NCBI GenBank assembly: GCA_902524795.1
Contig: CABZEU010000004.1
Location: 7,380-71,379, forward strand
DNA from: an uncultured Pelagibacteraceae bacterium
GTDB taxonomy: Bacteria > Pseudomonadota > Alphaproteobacteria > Pelagibacterales > AG-422-B15
Direction of reading: 5' to 3'
DNA length: 64,000 nucleotides
Below are positions 45,416-55,644 of this stretch, piece after piece; the first letter of the stretch is position 1; the number at the start of each line of letters is the position of its first letter. The position numbers were made by a program, and so were the translations under genes. The notes under the pieces were generated by a model, which was given only the letters and a program-made list of their open reading frames with translations, had not been told where the DNA came from and made no database searches.

Positions 45416-46123
45416 ATGTCAAAAATTGCTAATCAATATATCTCAGGGAGATTGATTAAAAGGTATAAGAGATTTTTTGCAGATATTCAACTCGATAATA
45501 ATAAAGAAGCCATAACTGCACATTGTCCCAATACAGGTTCCATGCAAGGTCTTCTCGATGAAGGCAATCCTGTTTTCGTAACGAAAGCAGACGATCCAAA
45601 ACGTAAATTAAAATATACTCTTGAGATTATAAAATCTGGCAATGCAAACGTTGGTGTCAATACGCACAAAGCCAACAGAATTGTGGAGGATGCAATCGAA
45701 TTGTATCTAATTCCTGAATTAGGTAAATACGATTCATATAAAAGAGAAGTTAAATACGGAACTAATTCCCGCATTGATTTTCTACTAAGTGATGGTGATA
45801 AACAAACTTATGTAGAAGTAAAAAATGTAACGTTATCAAGAAAAAAAGAAACGGCTGAATTTCCAGATGCAATTACAGATAGAGGCTCCAAGCATTTGAT
45901 CGAACTTTCAAAGCTGCCCAGCAAAAATACAAGAGCAGTTATGTTATTTCTCATTCAAAGAGATGATTGTAAAAAATTTCAAATCGCAAGTGATATTGAT
46001 AAGACATACCATGACAACTTTAAAAAAGTCATAAAAAGGGGAGTAGAAATAATATGTTATAACTGTTCTTTTGAAAGTGACAAAATTCGTGTAAATAAAA
46101 AAATAAAACTCATTAATGAATAA
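45416..46123 (+). CDS. sfsA: DNA/RNA nuclease SfsA
   Basis: RYKRFFADI, AHCPNTGSM, SRIDFLL, VEVKNVT, FPDAITDRGSKHL. Confidence 0.93.
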   Translation: MSKIANQYISGRLIKRYKRFFADIQLDNNKEAITAHCPNTGSMQGLLDEGNPVFVTKADDPKRKLKYTLEIIKSGNANVGVNTHKANRIVEDAIELYLIPELGKYDSYKREVKYGTNSRIDFLLSDGDKQTYVEVKNVTLSRKKETAEFPDAITDRGSKHLIELSKLPSKNTRAVMLFLIQRDDCKKFQIASDIDKTYHDNFKKVIKRGVEIICYNCSFESDKIRVNKKIKLINE

Positions 46124-46886
46124 TAAATTGCACAATAGTAAAGATTTTGAAGGCATGCGAAAAGCTGGTAATTTAGCTGCATCCACTCTTGATCTTTTGG
46201 TTGATTATGTAAAACCTGGTGTATCGACTGATGAGCTTGATTACTTTGCATTTAAGTTCATTACAAAAAATGGTGGCTTAATCGCTCCCTTATTTTATAA
46301 AGGCTTTCCAAAGTCTATTTGCACATCTATTAACCATGTCATTTGTCATGGAATTCCATCTTCCAGAATATTAGAAGAAGGAGATATTGTTAACATAGAT
46401 GTAACTGTTATCGTTGATGGCTGGCATGGAGATACCAGTCGGATGTTTCCTGTAGGCAAAATTAGTGCAAAGGCACAGAAATTAATTGATTGCACTTTTG
46501 AATCAATGCATGAAGGAATTAAAGTTGCGGGTCCGAAGTCTCGTCTCGGTGACATTGGTCATGCAATTCAGAGTTATGCTGAAAAACAGAATTATAGTGT
46601 GGTAAGAGATTTTTGTGGGCATGGACTCGGTAAAGTCTTTCATGAATTTCCAAATATATTGCATTACGGCAAAGAAAATACAGGCGATCAAATTGAAGAA
46701 GGTATGTTCTTTACTGTGGAACCCATGATTAATTTTGGAAATTATGATGTAAGAATGCTGAAGGATGGATGGACAGCTGTAACAAAAGATAAGAGTTTAT
46801 CTGCTCAATTTGAGCATAGTATAGGTATTACCAAAGATGGATTTGAAATTTTTACTAAATCTCCTGCAGGACTTGATAAACCCTAA
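46116..46886 (+). CDS. map: Methionine aminopeptidase type I
   Basis: CTSINHVICHGIP, DGWHGDTSR, CGHGLG, FTVEPM, SAQFEH. Confidence 0.96.
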   Translation: MNNKLHNSKDFEGMRKAGNLAASTLDLLVDYVKPGVSTDELDYFAFKFITKNGGLIAPLFYKGFPKSICTSINHVICHGIPSSRILEEGDIVNIDVTVIVDGWHGDTSRMFPVGKISAKAQKLIDCTFESMHEGIKVAGPKSRLGDIGHAIQSYAEKQNYSVVRDFCGHGLGKVFHEFPNILHYGKENTGDQIEEGMFFTVEPMINFGNYDVRMLKDGWTAVTKDKSLSAQFEHSIGITKDGFEIFTKSPAGLDKP

Positions 46887-46910
46887 ATTAAAGATTAAAA
46901 AAGTATTTAT

Positions 46911-48203
46911 ATGATCCCTCGATATTCAAGAGCTACCATGACTGATATCTGGAGTTCTAAATCAAGATTTAAAATTTGGCTCGACATTGAACTGTATGCT
47001 TGTGAAGCTATGGAAAAATTGGGGACTGTTCCAAAGGGTACAAGTAAAAAAGTTAAGTCAAAAGCTAAAATAAATGAGAAGAGAATTGATATTATTGAAA
47101 AGAAAGTCAAACACGATGTGATAGCATTTCTTACATCTATATCAGAATACGCTGGACCCCCTGCACGTTTTCTTCATCAAGGCTTAACCTCATCAGATAT
47201 TTTAGATACAGCATTCAATATACAGCTCATGCGATCATCTAAAATTATTGAAAAAGAAATGGCTCAGCTTCTTAAATCGCTAAAAAAAATAGCTCTCAAA
47301 TATAAAAATACGCCTTGTATCGGAAGAAGCCATGGTATTCATGCAGAACCAACAACCTTTGGTGTAAAAATAGCAAACTTCTACGCAGAGTTTGAGCGAA
47401 ATCAAGTGCGTTTAAAAAAGGCAACAAAAGAAATATCTGTGTGCGCAATTTCAGGTGCTGTAGGCAATTATGCCAATATAGATCCTCGTGTTGAACAGTT
47501 TGTTGCAAAAAATTTAGGCATGAAAGCTGAAACTATATCTACTCAAGTTATCCCACGTGACCGACACGCTGTTTATTTCAGTACTCTTGGAATTATTGCC
47601 AGCTCAATTGAGCGCCTAGCTACAGAAATCAGACATTTGCAAAGAACAGAAGTTCTTGAAGTTGAAGAATTTTTTTCAAAAGGTCAAAAAGGATCATCTG
47701 CCATGCCACATAAAAGAAATCCTGTACTAACTGAAAACTTAACTGGCCTTTCAAGATTGATTCGAGGCTACACAATACCTGCCCTAGAAAATGTCTCCTT
47801 ATGGCATGAAAGAGATATCTCGCACTCGAGTGTGGAAAGAATTATGGCTCCTGATGCTAACATCATCATTGATTTTGCACTAGCACGTTTGAATAATGTA
47901 ATCGCAAACCTTGTTGTTTATCCTAAAAATATGAAAGCTAATTTAGATAAGTTAAGAAAACTACCTATGTCAGAAGGCTTAATGCTCGCCATGACTCAAA
48001 AAGGTTTATCTCGAGAAAAGGCCTATAAAATTGTTCAGCGAAATGCCATGAAAGTATGGAAATCTGGTCTAGACTTTGAAACAGTACTGGATACGGATAA
48101 TGAATTAAAAAAATATTTAAATAAAAAAGAAATATCTAAGATATTAGACCTTAAACACGCAACGAGAAGAACCAATTATATTTTTAAAAAAGTATTTAAA
48201 TAA
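46911..48203 (+). CDS. purB: Adenylosuccinate lyase
   Basis: MIPRYSR, GRSHGIHAEPTTFG, GSSAMPHKRNP, WHERDISHSS. Confidence 0.97.
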   Translation: MIPRYSRATMTDIWSSKSRFKIWLDIELYACEAMEKLGTVPKGTSKKVKSKAKINEKRIDIIEKKVKHDVIAFLTSISEYAGPPARFLHQGLTSSDILDTAFNIQLMRSSKIIEKEMAQLLKSLKKIALKYKNTPCIGRSHGIHAEPTTFGVKIANFYAEFERNQVRLKKATKEISVCAISGAVGNYANIDPRVEQFVAKNLGMKAETISTQVIPRDRHAVYFSTLGIIASSIERLATEIRHLQRTEVLEVEEFFSKGQKGSSAMPHKRNPVLTENLTGLSRLIRGYTIPALENVSLWHERDISHSSVERIMAPDANIIIDFALARLNNVIANLVVYPKNMKANLDKLRKLPMSEGLMLAMTQKGLSREKAYKIVQRNAMKVWKSGLDFETVLDTDNELKKYLNKKEISKILDLKHATRRTNYIFKKVFK

Positions 48204-48204
48204 T

Positions 48205-48450
48205 TTATTGTGAGAAATAAATAGCTACTGCAAAAACTCCAAATATAAGTGCATAACCTCCAAAATAATAAAACTGATTTAAACTAGCATCCTGAATTAC
48301 GTTACCGTAATTCTTTTTGGGCCTGGGGTTAGAAGCTCTCTTCTTTTTTTTAATTACAGATTTCTTTTTCTTTGTAATTCTTGAAGCCGTTTTCTTCTTA
48401 ACCACTTTCTTTTTTTTAGCCTTTTTTGCGATTGCATATTTAATGTGCAT
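48205..48450 (-). CDS. Small Lys-rich protein with C-terminal transmembrane helix
   Basis: 81-aa ORF exactly filling the purB-zeta gap; basic N-terminus, hydrophobic C-terminus. Confidence 0.55.
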   Translation of the reverse strand: MHIKYAIAKKAKKKKVVKKKTASRITKKKKSVIKKKKRASNPRPKKNYGNVIQDASLNQFYYFGGYALIFGVFAVAIYFSQ

Positions 48451-48464
48451 GTGGAGTGCAATAA

Positions 48465-48794
48465 TTAGATATTATCTTTACCAATGATCTCTTCTTTTGC
48501 CTGAAGTAAAAATTGGTCCATACTTTGTCTAAGTTCATCATCAGTTATGGATATTCCTTTTTCATCAAAATCTTTTCTGACTTTTCTAAAAACATCCATA
48601 TCTCCATCCTCTTCAAGATCAGATTTGATAACTTCTGCAAAATATTCCTCAACTGCTGGCCCGGATATGCGAAGTTTTTCCGCAGCCCAGACACCAAGAT
48701 ACTTATTTCTTCGAGCCAAAATCTTAAATTCTAACTCTTGATCTCGAGCAAATTTACCCTCAAAACCTTTTTTTCGTTCATCTAGTTTTTTCAT
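48465..48794 (-). CDS. F1Fo-ATPase inhibitor subunit zeta (DUF1476)
   Basis: LDERKKGFEGKFARDQELEFKILARRNKYLGVWAA, the alphaproteobacterial zeta N-terminus. Confidence 0.9.
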   Translation of the reverse strand: MKKLDERKKGFEGKFARDQELEFKILARRNKYLGVWAAEKLRISGPAVEEYFAEVIKSDLEEDGDMDVFRKVRKDFDEKGISITDDELRQSMDQFLLQAKEEIIGKDNI

Positions 48795-48867
48795 TGTTTC
48801 TTTATACTTTTATTTAGATTTGAATTGAATTACATTTCTATCATAACAAATTTTTATACCACCTGCA

Positions 48868-49587
48868 ATGACATCATCGAAGACTTTATATGAAGGTAAG
48901 GCCAAAAAAATAATTAAAGGCCCAAAAAAGAATACTCTCATTCAGATTTTTAAAGACGATGCAACTGCCTATAACAAAAAAAAACATAAGATATTTAAAG
49001 GTAAAGGTGTCATTAATAATAAAATTTCTGAGCACATTATGGAATTTCTTAAAAGTAAAAAGATTCCAACTCATTTTGAAAAAAGATTAAATGATCGAGA
49101 ACAATTGATAAAAAAATGTCAGATCATTCCTATAGAGTTTGTTGTTCGAAATATTGTTGCTGGTTCTATTGCTAAAAAATTAGGGCTTAAGGAAGGAATG
49201 AAGTTAAAAAAACCTTTATTAGAGTATTATTATAAAGAAGACAGTTTAGATGATCCAATGATTTCAAGAGATCACGTTGAAACATTTGGATGGGCTAATA
49301 GATCAGAGCTAAAAAGAATAGATGGCATGTCTCTTAAAATTAATTCTTTACTCACTAAATTATTTAAAAAGAAAAATATCATTCTAGTAGATTTTAAAAT
49401 TGAATTTGGGAGGCTAGCCTCAAATCCAAAAAAAATTGTACTCGCTGATGAGATTAGTCCTGACTCATGCAGATTGTGGGACATAAAATCAAAACAGAAA
49501 TTAGATAAAGACGTTTTCAGAAGAAACCTAGGCAGCCTCATGGGCGCCTATGAAGAGGTTGCTTCACGATTAGGAATCGTGCATTAA
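48868..49587 (+). CDS. purC: SAICAR synthetase
   Basis: LYEGKAK, FKDDATA, LVDFKIEFG, LADEISPDSCRLWD. Confidence 0.97.
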   Translation: MTSSKTLYEGKAKKIIKGPKKNTLIQIFKDDATAYNKKKHKIFKGKGVINNKISEHIMEFLKSKKIPTHFEKRLNDREQLIKKCQIIPIEFVVRNIVAGSIAKKLGLKEGMKLKKPLLEYYYKEDSLDDPMISRDHVETFGWANRSELKRIDGMSLKINSLLTKLFKKKNIILVDFKIEFGRLASNPKKIVLADEISPDSCRLWDIKSKQKLDKDVFRRNLGSLMGAYEEVASRLGIVH

Positions 49588-49594
49588 AGGTTAA

Positions 49595-49834
49595 ATGCTA
49601 GCCAAAATCTATATCACACTTAAAAAAGACGTTCTCGACCCCCAAGGCTCGGTCATCGCCAATTCACTCAGGTCATTAGGTTTCAATCACATAGAAGATG
49701 TCAGGCAAGGCAAATTTATTGAAGTTAAACTAAATACTGAAAATAAAGAAACGGCCAATAAACAACTTAATGAAATGTGTGAGAAGCTTTTGGCAAACTT
49801 AGTTATTGAAGATTATAAAGTAGAGATAGATTAA
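49595..49834 (+). CDS. purS: FGAM synthase subunit PurS
   Basis: LKKDVLDPQG, VRQGK, LLANLVIEDY. Confidence 0.96.
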   Translation: MLAKIYITLKKDVLDPQGSVIANSLRSLGFNHIEDVRQGKFIEVKLNTENKETANKQLNEMCEKLLANLVIEDYKVEID

Positions 49835-49838
49835 ATAA

Positions 49839-50510
49839 ATGAAATCACACGTTATCGTTTTTCCAGGATCAAACTGTGATCGTGATGTAGCGGTAGCAAT
49901 CAAAAATATTTCTGGTTATCAACCGCAAATGGTATGGCACAAAGAAACGTCAATTGATCAATCTGATCTTATAGTTGTGCCAGGCGGGTTTTCTTATGGC
50001 GATTATTTAAGATGTGGCGCCATGGCATCAACATCCCCTATTATGCAAGATGTTGTGAAAAAGGCAAAAGAAGGTGTTCCTGTATTGGGTATATGTAATG
50101 GATTCCAAATTCTGATCGAAAGTGGATTATTAGATGGTGCGTTGATGAGAAATAATAGTCTGAGCTTTATATGTAAAGACATATTAATTAAGCCCAGAAA
50201 TCAAAGTTCAGTATTCACAAAAAATGCTCAGGTGGCAAAAATGCCAATAGCACATAATGAAGGTAATTTTTTTGTAACCTCTGAACAATTAAAAAAAATT
50301 CAAGACAACGACCAAATAGCCTTCCAGTATTGTGACGAAAGTGGAAATGTAAGTGAACATTCAAATCCGAATGGCTCACTTGAGAATATTGCTGGCATTC
50401 TTAATGAAAATAAAAATGTATTAGGCATGATGCCCCACCCAGAAAGAGCTGCAGAATTGGCACACGGATGTGAAGACGGTAAGACTATTTTTGAAAGTAT
50501 CTTTAATTAA
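49839..50510 (+). CDS. purQ: FGAM synthase glutaminase subunit PurQ
   Basis: [32 protein letters not shown]. Confidence 0.97.
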   Translation: MKSHVIVFPGSNCDRDVAVAIKNISGYQPQMVWHKETSIDQSDLIVVPGGFSYGDYLRCGAMASTSPIMQDVVKKAKEGVPVLGICNGFQILIESGLLDGALMRNNSLSFICKDILIKPRNQSSVFTKNAQVAKMPIAHNEGNFFVTSEQLKKIQDNDQIAFQYCDESGNVSEHSNPNGSLENIAGILNENKNVLGMMPHPERAAELAHGCEDGKTIFESIFN

Positions 50511-52714
50511 TGACAAACCGCAATTGGCAATTTCAAACGGAGCAGTCTCTTGTAGAAAATCATGGTCTCAAACTTGATGAGTTTGAAAAAATAGTAGAAG
50601 GCTTAGGCAGAGAACCCAATCTTACTGAATTGGGCATCTTTAGTGCTATGTGGAATGAACATTGTTCTTATAAATCCTCAAAATTTTGGCTCAAAAAACT
50701 ACCAACATCGGGTAAACGCGTTGTGCAAGGACCAGGAGAAAATGCTGGAGTTGTTGATATTGATGACGGAGATGTCGCCGTCTTCAAGATGGAAAGTCAT
50801 AATCATCCTTCTTTCCTTGAGCCATATCAAGGTGCGGCTACCGGAGTTGGTGGCATACTTCGTGATGTCTTTACAATGGGTGCTCGCCCCGTAGCTAATT
50901 TAAATGCCTTGAGATTTGGAGAACCCAACCATCCTAAAACAAAACATTTATTATCAGGCGTTGTCAGCGGTATAGGTGGATATGGCAATTGTATTGGTGT
51001 GCCAACCGTCGGTGGTGAAGTCAATTTTCATCCTTCATATAACGGTAATATTTTAGTAAATGCCATGACAGTTGGAATAGCAAAGAAAGATAAAATCTTT
51101 TACTCCGCAGCAGCAGGAATTGGAAACCCCGTTGTTTATGTAGGATCAAAGACTGGACGAGATGGAATCCACGGTGCAACCATGGCATCCGCTGAATTCG
51201 ATGAAGATTCAGAAGATAAAAAGCCGACTGTTCAGGTTGGCGATCCATTTACTGAGAAGTTATTGTTGGAAGCTTGTCTCGAATTGATGAAAGAAGAAGC
51301 AATTATTGCAATTCAAGATATGGGCGCTGCTGGATTAACATCATCCTCAATTGAAATGGCATCCAAAGGTGATGTGGGTTTAGAAATTGATCTTTCAAAA
51401 GTGCCAATGCGTGCACAAAATATGTCAGCATACGAATTAATGTTGTCAGAAAGTCAGGAACGCATGCTTATGGTACTCGATCCATCAAAAGAAGAAATGG
51501 CTAGAGATATTTTTAAGAAATGGGATCTCGAATTTGAGGTGATTGGCAAAGTAACAGATACAAAAAGACTTATTCTCATAAAGAACGGCAAAGAAGAAGC
51601 CAGCATACCTATTAATATATTAGTTGAAGATGCTCCTGAATATCAAAGAGATTACATTGTTGAAGAACCATCTCCAATTAAAGAATACAAATCAGAAGAC
51701 TTCGATCAGAATAATATTTTAAAGGACTTAAACACCATGATTATGCATCCCGATCTTAGTAGCCGAAAATGGATCTGGGAACAATATGATCATATGGTCA
51801 TGGCAGATACTGTGGTAAGACCAGGGTCTGATGCGGCAGTAGTGCGTATTCACGGAACAAATAAAGGACTAGCCATGAGCACAGACTGTTCTCCAGTATA
51901 TTGCAAACACAACCCTTATGAAGGTGGTAAACATGCAGTTGTTGAAACATGGAGAAACATAATAGCTTCAGGCGCCCTACCAATCGCTATTACTGATTGT
52001 ATGAACTTTGGTAACCCTGAAAAACCTGAAATCATGGGACAATTTGTAGAGTGTATTCGAGGTATGGGCGATGCTTGTTCAAAATTAAACTATCCTGTCG
52101 TTTCAGGAAACGTCTCACTCTACAACGAAACTAATGGTGAAGGCATATATCCAACGCCAGCTATAGGAGGTGTTGGGTTAATCAAAGATTTATCAAATGT
52201 AAAAACGCTTTCTTTAAAAGAAGATGGTAACTTTCTATGCGTGGTAGGGGAAACAGCTAATCACTTAGGCAGTTCAAAGTATATATCTATTATTCAATCT
52301 AAAGAGGAAGGTGGAACACCTAAGATTAACTTAGACACTGAATTAAGAAATGGAAATTTTGTAATGGATGCAATACATCAAAAATTAATTGCTTCAGCAC
52401 ATGACGTCGGAGAAGGAGGTATTTTAGTGGCTATATCGGAGATGTGTATGTTAGGAAATCTTGGAATAACAATAGAAATTGAAACAAATTTTCCACATGG
52501 CTACTTCTTTGCAGAAGATCAGTCTCGTTATCTATTAGAAGTAAATCCTACTAGTTATGATGAATGCCAAAAATTAGCAAATAAGAATGGTGTTCATCTT
52601 GAAAAAATAGGCATAGTTGGTGGAGATAAAATCAGTATTAGAAATATAGGTGATCAACACGTTTCTGCTTTGAAACGCAGTTTCGAAACGGGCATTAAAC
52701 AGATATTTCAATAG
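50510..52714 (+). CDS. purL: FGAM synthase subunit PurL (small type)
   Basis: [46 protein letters not shown]. Confidence 0.97.
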   Translation: MTNRNWQFQTEQSLVENHGLKLDEFEKIVEGLGREPNLTELGIFSAMWNEHCSYKSSKFWLKKLPTSGKRVVQGPGENAGVVDIDDGDVAVFKMESHNHPSFLEPYQGAATGVGGILRDVFTMGARPVANLNALRFGEPNHPKTKHLLSGVVSGIGGYGNCIGVPTVGGEVNFHPSYNGNILVNAMTVGIAKKDKIFYSAAAGIGNPVVYVGSKTGRDGIHGATMASAEFDEDSEDKKPTVQVGDPFTEKLLLEACLELMKEEAIIAIQDMGAAGLTSSSIEMASKGDVGLEIDLSKVPMRAQNMSAYELMLSESQERMLMVLDPSKEEMARDIFKKWDLEFEVIGKVTDTKRLILIKNGKEEASIPINILVEDAPEYQRDYIVEEPSPIKEYKSEDFDQNNILKDLNTMIMHPDLSSRKWIWEQYDHMVMADTVVRPGSDAAVVRIHGTNKGLAMSTDCSPVYCKHNPYEGGKHAVVETWRNIIASGALPIAITDCMNFGNPEKPEIMGQFVECIRGMGDACSKLNYPVVSGNVSLYNETNGEGIYPTPAIGGVGLIKDLSNVKTLSLKEDGNFLCVVGETANHLGSSKYISIIQSKEEGGTPKINLDTELRNGNFVMDAIHQKLIASAHDVGEGGILVAISEMCMLGNLGITIEIETNFPHGYFFAEDQSRYLLEVNPTSYDECQKLANKNGVHLEKIGIVGGDKISIRNIGDQHVSALKRSFETGIKQIFQ

Positions 52715-52792
52715 TAAATAATCAAAAATAAAGGAATTTTTTATAGAATATTTATTATTGAATAAATATTAAAAGCAGTTAATTGTAATGTT

Positions 52793-53122
52793 ATGAACGA
52801 AACAGTACAAAATAATATCAAAGACATAGTTGATCAAAATGATGTTGTTCTTTTTATGAAAGGCACCAAAGTTCAACCTGAATGTGGATTTTCTAATGCT
52901 GTCGTAAATGCCCTATCATTTATGAATATTGAATATAAAGACGTTAATGTTTTAGAAAGTGACGAATTAAGACAAGGAATAAAAGATTTTACAAATTGGC
53001 CAACAATTCCTCAGCTTTATGTAAAGGGAGAATTTATTGGTGGTTGTGACATTATATTAGATATGCATAAAACTGGTGAATTATCAGAGGTATTAAAAGA
53101 AAAAAATATCGCCCACGACTAA
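52793..53122 (+). CDS. grxD: Monothiol glutaredoxin Grx4
   Basis: LFMKG, CGFS, WPTIPQLY, GGCD. Confidence 0.96.
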   Translation: MNETVQNNIKDIVDQNDVVLFMKGTKVQPECGFSNAVVNALSFMNIEYKDVNVLESDELRQGIKDFTNWPTIPQLYVKGEFIGGCDIILDMHKTGELSEVLKEKNIAHD

Positions 53123-54225
53123 CCGTGCTTTGATAAATATTCTTGAACAGACTTAAAGACAATATTTCCCCTGCTGATTAGATCTTTCTGCCAACGCTTG
53201 TTGTTTTGATTGAATGTATTCAACAGATTTTTTCTACTCCAATGATTCATTATATCTTTTTCATTATTCAATTGATTGTTTTGTGTCCATCTATTCTCGG
53301 CTCTTAAATTTTTGAAAACAGTTGTAGGACCAAATGTTCCAAACTCTTGGGTGATTGTTAACCATTCAATCGATGAAAATTCTTTTACTATACCTGAGTG
53401 AATATCTCCTGTTATTCGGTAACCCACTCCTTGAGTTGGATCAAGTGGAGATACATGATCACCAAAAAGTGAAACTAGTATATTATATTTATCTTCTTTG
53501 ATATCATCAGGCACAAGTATGGTGTCATATCCTGATTTGCCTAATCCAGTATGTAAATCTATACCAAAAACCTTTTTTGTATTATTAAGATTTCTTTTTA
53601 ACCAATCTAAAATCATCTTAGGTCCCTGTTGAAGTGTATCACCGCCATATTGTAAACTCTGTGGTCTCGTATATTGCCCCTGTGCAAACCATTGCTTCAC
53701 ATTGGTGAACCCATACTTCAACAGTAAACTAATACCTCGAGGTAAAAACATAAGATCTAATTTGGGTGGGACACTTTTGGGATTTAAAAAATCATCAATT
53801 TTCGCATATCCTTCAGGTTCGCCTTGATGATTCTTTATAAAGTTTCTGTTCATATCAACATTATTTTCATTCACCCTTCTGTGCCATGCCATACCGTATG
53901 GATTAATGATATGAATAAAAACGATGCAATAGTCAGTGATGGGGCTCGCATTTTTGAGTTGCTCTAAAACTGATAATTGAATAGCTGAACCTGCAAATCC
54001 CTCAACGCCATGAATGCCCGAACTATATAACAATAGGTTATCGCTATCGATTGACCCAATGGTTGCAATATCAATACAAAGATTTTCTTGATTAGGTCCT
54101 TTGCAATCTAAAGTAAGTGTATCATGACTAACTTGGTGGCCTTGATCCTTCAGTTCATTAATGGACTTAATGAATCTATCTCGTGCTTGAAAGTAATCTT
54201 TTGAAAAGAAGTGCGATGCACTCAT
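53119..54225 (-). CDS. DUF2817-like M14 Zn-carboxypeptidase-superfamily protein
   Basis: SGIHGVEG (HxxE), NPYG...RRVNENNVDMNRNF, DLHTGLG, EFGT. Confidence 0.78.
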   Translation of the reverse strand: MSASHFFSKDYFQARDRFIKSINELKDQGHQVSHDTLTLDCKGPNQENLCIDIATIGSIDSDNLLLYSSGIHGVEGFAGSAIQLSVLEQLKNASPITDYCIVFIHIINPYGMAWHRRVNENNVDMNRNFIKNHQGEPEGYAKIDDFLNPKSVPPKLDLMFLPRGISLLLKYGFTNVKQWFAQGQYTRPQSLQYGGDTLQQGPKMILDWLKRNLNNTKKVFGIDLHTGLGKSGYDTILVPDDIKEDKYNILVSLFGDHVSPLDPTQGVGYRITGDIHSGIVKEFSSIEWLTITQEFGTFGPTTVFKNLRAENRWTQNNQLNNEKDIMNHWSRKNLLNTFNQNNKRWQKDLISRGNIVFKSVQEYLSKHG

Positions 54226-54232
54226 TTGGGAT

Positions 54233-54850
54233 TTATCGAGAATAATACTCGATGACTAGTTTTGGATCCATCTGTGTTGCATATGGAACTTCAGCAAACT
54301 GTGGCGTACGAATAAATGTTGAAGAACATTTCTTTTCATCGACAGTAATATAACCTGGAATATCACGCTCTTGACTTTTCATTGCTTCAATAACAATCTC
54401 CATTTCTTTAGACTTATCTTTAACTTCAATGACATCGCCTTCAGTAACACGGTAGCTTGAGATATTTACTCTTTTACCATTTACTTTGACATGACCATGA
54501 TTGATGAATTGTCGTGCCGCAAAAACAGTTGGGACAAACTTTGAACGATAAACGATCGTATCCAATCTTCTTTCTAGAAGAGCAATTAAATTTTCTCCTG
54601 AGTCACCCTTTTGTCTGATGGCCTCTTTATAACAATTACGGAATTGTCTCTCGTTTAGGTTTCCATAATAGCCCTTTAATTTTTGCTTAGCATGCAACTG
54701 AACACCATAGTCAGATAGTTTTCCAGTATGCTTCTGTCCATGTTGACCAGGTCTGTATTTTCTTAAATTAAACGGGCTTTTGGGTCTTCCCCATAGGTTA
54801 ACACTGAGACGTCTATCGATTTTGTGTTTTTGTGCTATTCGTTTTGTCAT
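54233..54850 (-). CDS. rpsD: 30S ribosomal protein S4
   Basis: [33 protein letters not shown]. Confidence 0.98.
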   Translation of the reverse strand: MTKRIAQKHKIDRRLSVNLWGRPKSPFNLRKYRPGQHGQKHTGKLSDYGVQLHAKQKLKGYYGNLNERQFRNCYKEAIRQKGDSGENLIALLERRLDTIVYRSKFVPTVFAARQFINHGHVKVNGKRVNISSYRVTEGDVIEVKDKSKEMEIVIEAMKSQERDIPGYITVDEKKCSSTFIRTPQFAEVPYATQMDPKLVIEYYSR

Positions 54851-54866
54851 ATATTGTGATCCGTGG

Positions 54867-54894
54867 TTTATACTGTTTTCCTCAATATTGTCAA
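54867..54894 (-). promoter_or_regulatory. Putative sigma70 promoter of rpsD
   Basis: Minus strand TTGACA-N16-TATAAA followed by CCACGG. Confidence 0.65.
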
Positions 54895-54903
54895 ACCAGA
54901 ATA

Positions 54904-55641
54904 CTAAATTTCCTCAGTTTTCCTATAATCTGACAGAACTGTGACTACTCCTCTCAGTGTTGCAATTTCTCTATCGCTGAGATCAGCCCGGTGAAAGATA
55001 TTCCTAAGATTTTGCTTCATTTTTGGCATTTTTTCTTCGGGTTGAAAGAAACCTCTGTTTTCCAACTCTTTTTCAATATGATCAAAAAAATGCATCAGTT
55101 CATTTTGATTGCCACGCGTTAGTGAATTCTCATCAACTACTTTTTCATCATCATGCATTAATGAAAATATCGAATAACAAAATACATTAACAGCATGTGA
55201 AAGATTCAAAGATGAAAAGTTTTCGTGCGTATCAATCGTCACGCATCGTGTCACTAAAGAAAGATGGTCATTAGTCAAGCCTGATGCTTCACCGCCAAAC
55301 ACAACCGCTAACTTATCATTACTGTGTTCATTGTGTATTTCCCTAATGATAGATTTATTGTCAGTGAACTGTTTACTCATATCACGCTTTCGAGCTGTAT
55401 AGGCAATGGAGAGTGTGGAATCGCTGAGTGCCTCTCTTAAGGTAGAGTAAACTTTTGCGCTCTCTATAATTGATTTGGCATCGACTGATACTGCATATGC
55501 CTTTTCTGATGGCCAATCTAATTTAGGATTAACTAGCCTCAGGTCAGAAAAACCAAAATTATACATGGAACGTGCAACCAGACCTATATTTTCAGGAAGT
55601 TGAGTATCAACCAAGATAATTGAAATATTATTTGAAGACAT
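54904..55641 (-). CDS. trmJ: TrmJ/LasT-type SPOUT RNA methyltransferase
   Basis: [38 protein letters not shown]. Confidence 0.82.
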   Translation of the reverse strand: MSSNNISIILVDTQLPENIGLVARSMYNFGFSDLRLVNPKLDWPSEKAYAVSVDAKSIIESAKVYSTLREALSDSTLSIAYTARKRDMSKQFTDNKSIIREIHNEHSNDKLAVVFGGEASGLTNDHLSLVTRCVTIDTHENFSSLNLSHAVNVFCYSIFSLMHDDEKVVDENSLTRGNQNELMHFFDHIEKELENRGFFQPEEKMPKMKQNLRNIFHRADLSDREIATLRGVVTVLSDYRKTEEI

Positions 55642-55644
55642 GTA

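Noticed and set aside
52715-52792. bolA remnant between purL and grxD, where many alphaproteobacteria have one
   Set aside because: Only 78 bp of AT-rich spacer with no recognisable coding remnant.
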